From assembly GCF_006345805.1 (NCBI RefSeq), contig NW_021824409.1, positions 1-21,546 on the forward strand: a DNA stretch of 21,546 bases, in the 5' to 3' direction. This DNA is from Octopus sinensis. Taxonomy: Eukaryota. The translations under genes were made by a program, and so were the position numbers. Shown here piece after piece: positions 1-9,816 of this stretch (its first letter is position 1; every line of letters starts with the position of its first letter). A model generated the notes under the pieces. That model ran no database searches, had not been told where the DNA came from, and worked only from the letters and a program-made list of their open reading frames with translations.

Positions 1-183
1 ATATGATTATATTATATATATATATGCATATATATATATATATATGCATATATATATATATATATGCATAATATATATATATATGCATAATATATATATA
101 TATATGCATATATATATATATATATGCATATATATATATATGCATATTATACATACATACTACATACATACATACATACATAC
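1..183. repeat. Compound (TA)n / (TA)nTGCA / (CATA)n microsatellite
   Basis: Repeated TATATATATATGCA units followed by CATA repeats. Confidence 0.95.
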
Positions 184-285
184 GTCTGTATGTGTATGAT
201 TTTATTTTTAATTTGTGAATATGTGGTTGAGTTGGTGTGTTGGTGTGAATAAACCGAAGTGTGTGCATCTATTCACATAAGAATC

Positions 286-385
286 TCAGATGGAGAACTT
301 TTGGAATGTCTTATAAATGTTCACTGTGCCACTGATAATAGATCGGATTTGGAGAATCCACATCGGTTCCTTTTGCTCTTTACCG
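286..385 (-). mobile_element. Short C-terminal fragment of an RLE-type non-LTR retrotransposon (family C relative)
   Basis: Minus strand reads ...WILQIRSIISGTVNIYKTFQKFSI*, homologous to ...KLQIQSNTRSVKICKTFQKFSI* at 20569-20784. Confidence 0.7.
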
Positions 386-397
386 TGAAAAGAGAGT

Positions 398-434
398 GTA
401 TGTATGTATGTATGTATGTATGTATGTATGTATT

Positions 435-466
<32 letters not shown>

Positions 467-525
467 CATGTATTTGGATATATGTATGTATATGCATGTA
501 CCCAACTGTATGTACGTACATCGAT
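398..525. repeat. (TATG)n/(TA)n microsatellite
   Basis: Direct reading. Confidence 0.95.
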
Positions 526-714
526 ATGAGTTTTCTCGCAAATATTGAGTAAAAAAGCCACCAAGCGAAAAGAACAAATATATAAATACAATCAAAATAA
601 ATAAACAAATAAAGGACCGATAACTTCGCCGTTGGTAAAAATATTTTTTTCCTCAGCCTAGCGGTGAAATTGAGAACTAATTACGTTACCAGGGAGGTTG
701 CGCGAGATATCGTT

Positions 715-1860
715 GATGGCGGCGGCGGTGGCATCAGCGAGATCATCATCATCAGCAGCAGCAGCAGCAGCATCAAAAACAGTTATAGCAACAAAAATCT
801 GATTAAGTAGTCTAGAAAGCAATGGCGGTGACAGTATTGATCTGAAGTCTATGATGGCTGCCGTCTCATTTCGCTGCCATTGTCTCTTGCCATTTTCCGT
901 CTTTGATTAGCTTTGTTATCGATTGGTGGGGCGGGGCTGATGGTGTGATGTGGTGGTGGTGGTGGTGACGGCGGTGGCTATGTTGTATTTCTGGGGTGGG
1001 TGGGTGTTGTCGAGAGTGAAGGGGGGTAATGGTGCGCGCGAGTATGTGCGAGTGTTTGCGGTGGTTTTGGCGGCAGGGAGAAGGTGAAGACGGGTTGTTA
1101 TAGACGCAGTAGGGTGGCGATGTTGGGGGTGGTTGGAGGGTGGTTGCTAGGGTAATTATGGTGGTGGTGGTGGTGGTGGTGGCGGCGATGATAACAGCAG
1201 TAGAAGTTTCGCTTCTTACTGTTCTTCGTCGCAGTTGTTGTTGGTGGTGGTGGTGTTGTTAGGGTGTTGGTGGTGGCGGCGCAGAGGTTGGTTCCAGTTG
1301 TAAAAACACAAGCGGTGGGAGTGGTGGGGATGTGGTAAGTGGTGTTCATGGCGACGCTAGGGATTCTAAGGGTTTGGCACCTGTTATGGTTGGTTGTTGT
1401 AGGTATTAGCCGCCGTCGGCGTGACGGCGGTGGTTGAAGTGCGGTGGATGGTACTGATACAGGTAGCAGCAGCAGTTGCGGTGGCGGTTGCGGTGGTGGT
1501 ATTGGTGGGAGTGGTGGTGGTGGTGGTACCTTTTGGTATTGTGGTGATGTTTGTGATGGATGTGGTCCAGTTTGTGGTGGTGGTGGTGGTAGTATTGATG
1601 GTGGAGGTTGTAGTAGATGCAGGGGTGGTGGTGGTGGAGGTGGTAGTAGATGCAGAGGTGGTGGTGGTGGTAGTGGTACCGGCGGTGGCGCTGCTTTAAT
1701 GTAAATTATAATATAAATTCGCATCGTCACTACACACCACTTACCCCTCCACTCGGTGAGGGTGGGCAGCTGTTTCACGAGACTACAAGATTTTAGTTAT
1801 CCATCAAAGCGAAAGCGGCGGCGAGACGTGGGTGGTGGTGGTGGTGGTGGTGGTGGGGTT
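715..1860. repeat. GC-rich degenerate trinucleotide region, (GGT)n/(GGC)n/(CAG)n/(GTT)n
   Basis: In-register GGT-type triplets with substitutions; gives Pro-rich (minus) and Gly-rich (plus) open frames. Confidence 0.85.
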
Positions 1861-2281
1861 TCGAAAGATAATCATCAAATTTAGTGTTGATTAGCTAAAA
1901 GGATGTTGTTTACGCGCACGTGTGTGTGTGTGAGTGCGTGGGGGTTACGTGCATGTATGTGCGTATGTGCGCGGGTGCGAGGTTGTGTGTGTGCGCGTTT
2001 GAAAGACCACCATGTAAGTGTATGTGTATGAATGTAAGTGTATGAATGAACAGTTGTTTTTTTTTATGTCTACACACACACACACACACACACACGTCTA
2101 TATCAACGTAAGTGTGTGTGTGTGTGTCGTATTTAAGAGTTGTAAAATATATTGAGTGTATATTTTAAGTAACGCAAATATTATCAGATGTAGAGCTTAA
2201 TATGATGGACAGAATTCCGTCGTGAATAGCCCAGCCTCAGGTGAAACTATGAGTAGACTATCAACTTCCGATATATTCTTT

Positions 2282-2702
2282 GGATCTTTTCGGTTTGAAC
2301 GGCAGCTTTTAACATAATTTCTAGGTAACTAAAAATTTTAAACTTCGTATACTGGTAGAATGTGTTTATAAAACATCTTCTTTTGCTCTTGGCTTATTGA
2401 GAACATTCTATAGTTTGTAGATATTTGTTGTTTTTTTTTTCTTCATTTTCCTGCAATTTCCCAATCAGTTACGTCTATTTAGTTAAAAAGGCATTCTGTG
2501 CCGTATGAATATGTCCCTCGTTTAAGAAACAGATTGGGTTTATTTACATTTGTGAAGAAAAAAAGATCCCTTTCCCTTCCCCCCCCACCCTACCCCTAAA
2601 AGAGATGTGAAATGCGAATAGATCGATACTAGGGTCATAATGATGGGTGAGAATTTCATATGACACCGCTAGAAAAAACTGACGTTGAAACCGAAAAGAT
2701 CC
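2282..2702. mobile_element. 421-bp MITE with ~29-bp TIRs and 8-bp TSD (Merlin-like)
   Basis: Left end GGATCTTTTCGGTTTGAACGGCAGCTTTT; right end reverse-complements to GGATCTTTTCGGTTTCAACGTCAGTTTTT (first 15 nt identical). TATTCTTT at 2274-2281 and 2703-2710. Terminal GG plus 8-9 bp TSD is the Merlin/IS1016 pattern. No coding capacity. Confidence 0.85.
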
Positions 2703-2905
2703 TATTCTTTTAATTCTTTTATTTGTTTCAGTAGTTTGGCTGCGGCCATGCTGGAGCACCGCCTTTAGTCGAAGAAACCGACCCCAGTACTTATTCTTTG
2801 TAAGCCTGGTACTTATTATATCAGTCTTTTGCCCAACCGCTAAGTTACCGGGGACGTAAATACAATAACATCGGTTGTCAAGCGATGGTGGGGGGCGGGG
2901 CAAAC
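2703..2905 (-). mobile_element. 3' half of a tRNA-derived SINE
   Basis: Reverse complement contains ...CTTAGCGGTT...GGCGGTGCTCCAGCATGGCCGCAG...AAAAGAAT; homologous to 15441-15620. Confidence 0.85.
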
Positions 2906-2950
2906 ACAAAGACACACATAAATACACACACACACACACACATATATATA

Positions 2951-2988
<38 letters not shown>

Positions 2989-3524
2989 GTTAATAAACAT
3001 ATAGAACTATGCATATATATAACATATATGTACGTACCTACCTCTACTGTACAATACCGCATATATGTGTACAGGACACCAAAAAGACGTCGAACCATAG
3101 AGAGACGAAACATAGACCCAGACCATATATATATGTATAAGGGTGAAAGGGACACACGAGTTGAATATATCAACAAAATGGTTTGCGTACGAATGGCCCT
3201 GCACAGATCCCAGATAAAAATTCCCCAAAACAGAAAAATAGCTTTTAGCCACACATAGATACTTGCGCAACAAAAAACACCAAACTTCAAAATTTTCCCC
3301 CTCTACCAATTTAGGGACGATACAACCTCGAGACAACGAATAAGTAAGAAAATCTCTTTATTACAAAATACAAGCCACTTCTAAACGGGTCTACGACAAA
3401 CAATTAATATACCTCACTTTAGAATCAAAGAAAAATATATATACACCACAAATATTACACTCCTAGAATCCATTACTAATCAGCCCCTTCATAGCTATAC
3501 TTACACACCATTTATATTCTCCCT

Positions 3525-3750
3525 TCTGTTTTTTTCTTCTTCTTCTTCCCTCTTCTTCTTCATCATCATCATTATCATCATCATCGTCGGCCTCATCATC
3601 AACCCACCATCTTCTCCTTCTCCCCCTTCTCTCTTCCTTCATCATCATTTCATCCATCATCATCCGTCTTCGTCATAATCATCACCACCATCACCATCAT
3701 CGTCATCTTCTCCTTCTCCTTCTTCTCTTCTTCTTCTACTTCTACTTCTC
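3525..3750. repeat. (CTT)n/(CAT)n trinucleotide low-complexity tract
   Basis: Direct reading. Confidence 0.9.
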
Positions 3751-4209
3751 TCCACCCATACCCTTACTTTGTCACTAAGTTTTTTAGTATAACCCCTACG
3801 CTAATTCTATAAACAGCCTGTCAATATAAATATTCTCCTGAATTGAACTGAGACTGCCAGCCGCCACTGCCATTCAAATACACACCATCAGGCACTCCCA
3901 GATTCTGCCACCCCCTTTCCTCACCAGCCTTCTTCCTCTACTACCCTACCAAGAACTCACAACGACCCTCCGACACACAAGTTGCAAACAAGGGAGTCAG
4001 AGAAAGGCAGAATGCCACTTAAATCTGAACACTACTATAGAAATATTCTTTTAAAAAACTTTTCTTCTAATTTTTCTAAATTTAATTATTTAATCGTTAC
4101 AGTTGAAAAGGTCTCAAAATGACCGCAACCGGTACTGAAATGTTCACTATAAATTATTTTAGCATTTTCTATTTTTGACTTGTTTTTTCATATATATATA
4201 TAATATATA

Positions 4210-4247
<38 letters not shown>

Positions 4248-4248
4248 T

Positions 4249-4394
4249 GACGGGTTCTTTCAGTTTCCGTCTACCAAATTTGGGCAGTCCGAGGTTATCG
4301 TAGATGACACTTAACCAATATATCACGCAGTAGAACTGAACCCGGAACCATAGTGTTAGGAAGCTAGCGTCTTACCACACAGCTGCACCTGCGC
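4249..4394 (-). mobile_element. 5' half of a tRNA-derived CORE-type SINE, diverged and internally deleted
   Basis: Reverse complement GCGCAGG...CTGTGTGGTAAGA...GGTTCCGGGTTCAG...GGTAGACGGAAACTGAAAGAACCCGTC followed by (TA)n; homologous to 14583-14743. Confidence 0.85.
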
Positions 4395-5142
4395 ATACAC
4401 ACACACATATATACACACACACACTCACACATATATACACATACACACATATACACACATACGCATACACTCAGATTTTTTGTTTGTTCAACGACGACAG
4501 TATCATGGCCGACCGCGTGAATGTAAAAAGAAAGGAGAAAACAAAATGGTTGTCACTGATATAATTAATGTGGTTCTCTGTTTCGAAAACTAAGAATAGT
4601 CATTTGTTATCCCTCTTGATTAGTATGAAGGCTTAAGTTCCTCAATTACAAACGAAAGCAATATTGTGGGACTTATTAAGGTGTTCGCCAAATATGATAC
4701 ATTACTTCGGAAGTAGTTATTATTGAGTGATTGCAATGAAATATATCTCCGCCATGACATTCTTGGAGCATTACGCATTGGTTCAGGTTTTATCAAAATA
4801 TAAAAAGTGATACGATGGTGGCTACGAATTTTGGTATAATCATTGACTTTGCAATTAATATCAGCAGAATCGATTAACTCCGTTAATTGTTACGATAGGT
4901 AATAGTACACAATGATTTGGTGGAAAATTTATAGAATATAGCGAACTTCCTGGAGCTAGGGAAGAAGAATTTGGGAAGGAGCAAACAGCATGCTGGCTGA
5001 AATATCTAACATCGAGACAAAGATTAGGAAAATAACTCCAAATGCTCTCCTTAAACATTTCTCTATAGATTCATTTTTATTTAGCTCTCACTGACGCAAT
5101 GAACTCTAGTATTGGATCGGAGTTGTTTTTAGAACTCTACAA

Positions 5143-5191
5143 AGTGTAGTGGTTATCATGTCTGCTTCACACGCAGAAGGTCGCTGGAACC
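5143..5191 (+). pseudogene. tRNA-Val(CAC)-like fragment lacking the T arm
   Basis: AGTGTAGTGGTTATCATG TCTGC-TTCACAC-GCAGA AGGTC gives a D arm and a perfect 5-bp anticodon stem with CAC at 5168-5170. There is no GTTCGA B box and no 5' acceptor strand, but TGGAACC follows. Confidence 0.75.
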
Positions 5192-5194
5192 TGC

Positions 5195-5281
5195 TCGTGT
5201 TTGACTTTATTTTTAATGGTGGTGCCCCAGCATGGCGACAGCTTGTGAGCTGAAACTAGATAAAAATAAAATAAAATAAAA
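5195..5281 (+). mobile_element. SINE 3' tail fragment with (TAAAA)n end
   Basis: GGTGGTGCCCCAGCATGGCGACAGC...GCTGAAAC matches the tails at 15566-15620 and 2711-2765. Confidence 0.75.
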
Positions 5282-5574
5282 GTATCACTTAATTTTTTTT
5301 CAAGTGGTTTACACGTCTTTCAGTAGAACACAAATAGATTAACTCTTTTGCATTGACGCTAGATCAGCATCAGTATTACACATTTTGCAGAATTTGTCAG
5401 CACAAGTGGTTGCTGCACATAAACTCTCTAGCATCAAGTTTTACCATTGTAGCTCTTCCGCTACCTGATCCTGTCGCCACAATCTGTAGTAGTTTTGAAT
5501 GAGTCTAGAGCATTCATTCTTGATATAGGCAATGGTTTCATCCACTCTATTGCACAGCGAAGATATTATTATAC

Positions 5575-6200
5575 ATTCCTCACAATTCCAAACAGATCTA
5601 AGCACTCGATGATCCGCGAATGTGGAATCATATCATAAGCTTTGCGATAGTCAATCCAAGCCATTTCCAAATGTTTTCTCTTTCGTTTACAATCTTGCAT
5701 TACTATTTTGTCAATCAATAATTAATCTTTGGTACCTCTGCATCTTTCTACAGCCTTTTTGTTCCAGTGGTAATATAGCATTCTCATCAAGAAATTTGCA
5801 CAGTTCTTCTACAATTCCTCCTGAGAGTAACTTCCACATTATTGAGAGGCAAGAAATTGGTGTGTAATTGTCAGCAGCATTTCCCTTTGATGCCTCCTTC
5901 ATCGTTCGTCCTCTTGTTAACCAGCCCAGGGTTTCTTCTTCTCCGTCGATCAATGCATTAAATCATTCTGCGATCAATTTATGGAAACTACTAAACTTTC
6001 TTTAATCCCAAATCCCTGTACAGGTCATGCTGCTTTGCAATTGCTTATCAGTTTACTTATATTTCTGATACTGTCTTCTGTGGATAGCCACTTGCTGGAG
6101 ATAAAAAGCTGTTTGCTTCAGGTAGCAGAGCCATTCCACGGTAGTATTATACTGTTCGTGTTTACTCCAGATATAAAACCCAAAAAGGCGACTTTCATCA
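5575..6200 (-). mobile_element. Decayed reverse-transcriptase N-terminal fragment of an R4/Dong-like non-LTR retrotransposon
   Basis: Across frameshifts: IWS..QYNTTVEWL, WLTRGRT..KEASKGNAADNYTPISCLSIMWKLLSG, LPLEQKGC, LLIDK...MAWIDYRKAYDMIPH. Confidence 0.9.
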
Positions 6201-6275
6201 ACATCAGACTAATCTTTCACATTTTTTAACATTATTAATCTCTTGATAAAATATTTTTTGATCGGTGCTTTATTT

Positions 6276-6445
6276 TTAGCGGTATTTTGTCCGTCGCTTC
6301 ATTGTGTGTTCAAATTCTACCGAGGTCTACTCTACCGTTCATCTTTTCGCGGTCAGCTTAACACTGGGGTTGATATAATCGACTCATCCCCCTCCCCCAA
6401 AATTGCTGCCCTTGTAGCAAAATTCGAAATCATTATTATTAATGA
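6276..6445 (+). mobile_element. 5'-truncated tRNA-derived SINE with (ATT)n tail
   Basis: TTAGCGGTATTT...TTCAAATTCTACCGAGGTC...CACTGGGGTTGATATAATCGACT...CCCTTGTAGCAAAATTCGAAATC(ATT)n; homologous to 12311-12490. Confidence 0.8.
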
Positions 6446-7008
6446 GTGAGAGCTCAGTGTATGCCATCAAAGTAACACTGGGGTAAAATATACGAAGCCC
6501 AGTATACCCATCATGACTACCAACTGATAGGAGTACAGCAGTCACATGCATCACAACCATATGGGCACGACATGGTGATATCATATCAATATAAACAGCG
6601 CATGACCTTGCAGGTGGGGCCTACTTAGAATTTTCTTCTGGTCGAGTAGCTCATTCCGCTCAAAAGGTCCCTGAATAAGGATTGTTTAAGGATGTTGAAC
6701 GAACCACCCATGTTTCCAAAGGTGAATTATCCAAACCCCAAAGAATCCCTCTCAACACATGGCTATGATGCTCCCCTTGGTCAGAGATGCACATATCGTC
6801 AGTCACCAAGGGACATACTCAACTGGTTAAGGTCAAACAACTGACAAGCAAATCTGTGGTATTGAGCTGAATATTTGCTGTAGCCCATCCATGTACATGA
6901 TAACAATTCCAGTTAGTTAAGATTAGAAGCCATGAGAGTCACTGTCTGGTGCTGCATCAGGGCCTTGTTACTGCATCAGGGCTTTTATGGTACTGCATCA
7001 GGGCATTC
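6446..7008. mobile_element. ~560-bp non-coding interspersed repeat (element X) flanked by (ATT)n at both ends
   Basis: Second high-identity copy at 11802-12170; no recognisable protein motif. Confidence 0.8.
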
Positions 7009-7062
7009 CATTATTGTTATTATTATTATTATTATTATTATATTATTATTATTATTATTATT

Positions 7063-7524
7063 CAGTAGTCTTACTTTTATCACGTACTTTCACTGCACTA
7101 CCGATTGCAGCTCTGTGCGCCTTGGGTATGTGATGTGGTTTGTTGTGATGCTTTTATGGTTACTGTATTGAAAGTGTTTTATGTAGGATGTGTGCGGTGC
7201 CCAGTAGTGCTATTTCCTATATGTTGCATATATTTGTAAGTCCTGGTGCTTTGGTTATGTATTTGTCTGAATATTTTTTTTTATTTTACCTAATGCGCCT
7301 GCTATGACAGGAAATGTTTCTGTTTTTAGGCTCCACATTCAAGTTACCCCTATGACCAGGTCTTTGTATTTTGAAAGTTTCCCCTTTTCTTTTTGTGGTA
7401 TTGATACATCGATTAGAAAGTATTTTTTTAACTTGATCTCTGACAGCTACATCCGGCTTATTGACCTTAATTTCTGTATGTGTGTGTATTGGCATATCCC
7501 ATAGTATGGTTGCTTTCTCATTTC
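7063..7524 (-). mobile_element. 5'-truncated RLE non-LTR retrotransposon, family A (endonuclease C-terminus plus 3' UTR)
   Basis: NEKATILWDMPIHT..EIKVNKPDV...KLSKYKDL...VIAGALG...IALLGTAHIL.KTLSIQ* (stop at 7160-7162), ~97-nt UTR ending directly in (AAT)n at 7010-7062. Confidence 0.92.
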
Positions 7525-7590
7525 ATTATTATTATTATCTGGCATATCCCATAGTATGGTTGCTTTCTCATTTCATTATTATTATTATCA

Positions 7591-8160
7591 TTCTGTTTCC
7601 ATTTCTTGCTGAGTGTCTTCCTGACACCTAGGGCAAAGAAACGTACTGTATTCACCAGATTGTTCATTTACAAAGTTATGCGATAAAGAAAAGCGGGAAA
7701 TCTTTATATTTTCTTAGCTTATCAAATTCTTTTGCCGAGATATTATGGTCACTGGGTTTGTTCATCTCAATCAATAAACAGACTTTATTGTTTTGCTCTT
7801 TCACAACAATAGCTGATCGATTTTCTTTGATGCTTTGGTCTGTACATACTGGGAAGTCCCAAAGAATCGTTACATTTTCTCCCTCAGTTACAGCCTCGGT
7901 GGTACCTGTACCATTTGTCAGCAGTTTTGATTTTATAATGCCAACACATTATCCAATGTAGATATTGGCCAACTCTGCCATGTCTTGATTTGTACTCTAC
8001 AGGTGCTAAAACCTTACATCCAGAGATTAGATAGTCCACTGTTTCTGTCCCATCGTTGCAGTATCGGCACTTTGGGTCTACACCCTTTTTCATCACATTG
8101 GCTTGATAGTTTCGGGTCAACAAGCTCTGATCTTGTGCAGCCAAGATAAAGTCTTCACTT
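7591..8160 (-). mobile_element. 5'-truncated RLE non-LTR retrotransposon, family B (zinc knuckle plus endonuclease, internally deleted)
   Basis: AAQDQSLLTRNYQ...KCRYC...ETVDYLISGC (CCHC with H>Y), RH.RVGQYLHW, TILWDFPV.TD...NR..IVVK...CLLIEM..P...KEFDKL.KYKD; (AAT)n on both sides. Confidence 0.9.
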
Positions 8161-8211
8161 ATTATTATTATTATTATTATTAATATTATTATTATTATTA
8201 TTATTATTATT

Positions 8212-8280
<69 letters not shown>
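8160..8280. repeat. Compound (ATT)n-(AGC)n-(AGT)n microsatellite
   Basis: Direct reading. Confidence 0.95.
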
Positions 8281-8281
<1 letters not shown>

Positions 8282-8683
8282 AAGCTGAAACTTGTGAAAT
8301 CGTTTCCAGTTTAACGCTTTTAGAGTAAAAATAAGGACTGGGTAGCGAAGGCAGTCGCGAGTTGACTAATGATTAAACTCAACGATTTTTATTGATAGTT
8401 TATAGAGAAGGATTTTACAAATGCATCATCAGTAGATGCAGAGATGATGCATGTGTGTGTGTGCACCAGAGAAACAAGCAATTCAGTAGGTAAAACGGTT
8501 ATTGGTAAACATAAATATAGGCTCATATATAAACAACAGTGTGTGTGCGTGTGCGTCTTTGCCTGCCTGCCTGCCTGCTAGTGAATGTATGCATATCTAC
8601 TCAGGTTGTCTCATAAATATGCCAGTCTTTAACAGAAATTTTAATTAAAAAAGCTGACATACGTATCAGTCACTCGTATATGA

Positions 8684-8714
<31 letters not shown>

Positions 8715-9163
8715 TACATGTAATGTGTGTGTAAGTTTCTATGCATAAATGTATGCAGGCGTGTATACATGTATAAAAGTATGAATGCACTGATATTTCA
8801 GAAGAAAAAAAGAAGCTAAAACGGATATAAAGGGAAGATGGGTGAGGTGAGTATAGATATGGTTTTTGATTAAAAGATAAACTGAGTGAAGAAGAGGGAA
8901 CAGGTATATACACAGGTTGTTGGGCGGGATAGTAAAGGTGGTGGTGTGGCGGTGCTGGCGTCGGCGGCGTTAGAGGTGAGGGGAAAGAGGAGACAATGTT
9001 GAGAAGTGGTGGAATGAGGTGCAATAAACGAGAATGTTGACGTAAAGCGTATAAAACGGAAACAAGTACAAGGGGAGTAGGAAGAGGAAAAGGAGGAAGA
9101 GGAGGTGGCAAAAGATGAATTATAATTTCAAATGGCTGGATTCCCGACTGTTAGTTAAAATAA

Positions 9164-9562
9164 GGTGGCGAGCTGGCAGAAACGTTAGCACGCGGGGCGA
9201 AATGCTTAGCAGTATTTCGTCTGCCGCTACGTTCAGAGTTCAAATCCCGCCGAAGTCGACTTTGCCTTTCATCCTTTCGGGGTCGATAAATTAAGTACCA
9301 GTTAGGCACTGGGGTCGATATAATCGACTTAATCCCTTTGTCTGTCCTTGTTTGTCCCCTCTGTGTTTAGCCCCTTGTGGGTAGTAAAGAAATAGGTATT
9401 TCGTCTGTCTTTACGTTCTGAGTTAAAATTCCGCCGAGGTCGACTTTGCCTTTCATCCTTTCAGGATCAATAAATTAAGTACCAGTTGCGTACTGGGGTT
9501 GATCTAGTCGACTGGACCCTTCCCCAAACGTTTCAGGCCTTGTGCCTAGATTAGAAAAGATT
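9164..9562 (+). mobile_element. Dimeric tRNA-derived SINE
   Basis: Head GGTGGCGAGCTGGCAGAAACGTTAGCAC, B-box-like GAGTTCAAATC, central GCCTTTCATCCTTTCGGGGTCGATAAATTAAGTACCAG present twice (about 9264 and 9448). Confidence 0.9.
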
Positions 9563-9816
9563 AATAGTAATTATAATAGACTATTTCCTCAATAGAATGC
9601 AGTTTATCCATTCTTCACGTTGGTACGACCATAAATCTGAGAGAAAAGTTACTGTCGATGTGATTCGATAGAAGAACCTTACTGGTTCTTATCTAATTGA
9701 TTTGGGACAGCTGAAAATAGGCCGAACTGACACCTGCCAAAGTTCTAGGGTTATGAAACTAAATATATGTATTCAGGGCTGGTCTTCGTACGCACCACAG
9801 AATTCATCCCAATATA

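Noticed and set aside
615-665. Minus-strand AGG-CUGAGGA...CGAAG...GUC-CUU resembling a hammerhead
   Set aside because: GAAG instead of GAAA, and no coherent helix II or III.
4500-5130. Complex unique-looking sequence as a possible host exon
   Set aside because: Only short open frames, no recognisable motif and no convincing splice pair.
7490-7589. CRISPR-like repeat-spacer interpretation of short direct repeats, also 6952-7004 and 13466-13544
   Set aside because: Eukaryotic context, only two or three units, spacers are microsatellite or absent, and no cas genes.
5575-8160. RT and endonuclease fragments as one interrupted retrotransposon
   Set aside because: On the minus strand the C-terminal fragments lie upstream of the RT fragment and have different 3' UTRs, so they are separate insertions.
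8421-8452. 10-bp hairpin ATGCATCATC/GATGATGCAT containing CUGAUGA on the minus strand
   Set aside because: No GAAA box; isolated hairpin with no further support.
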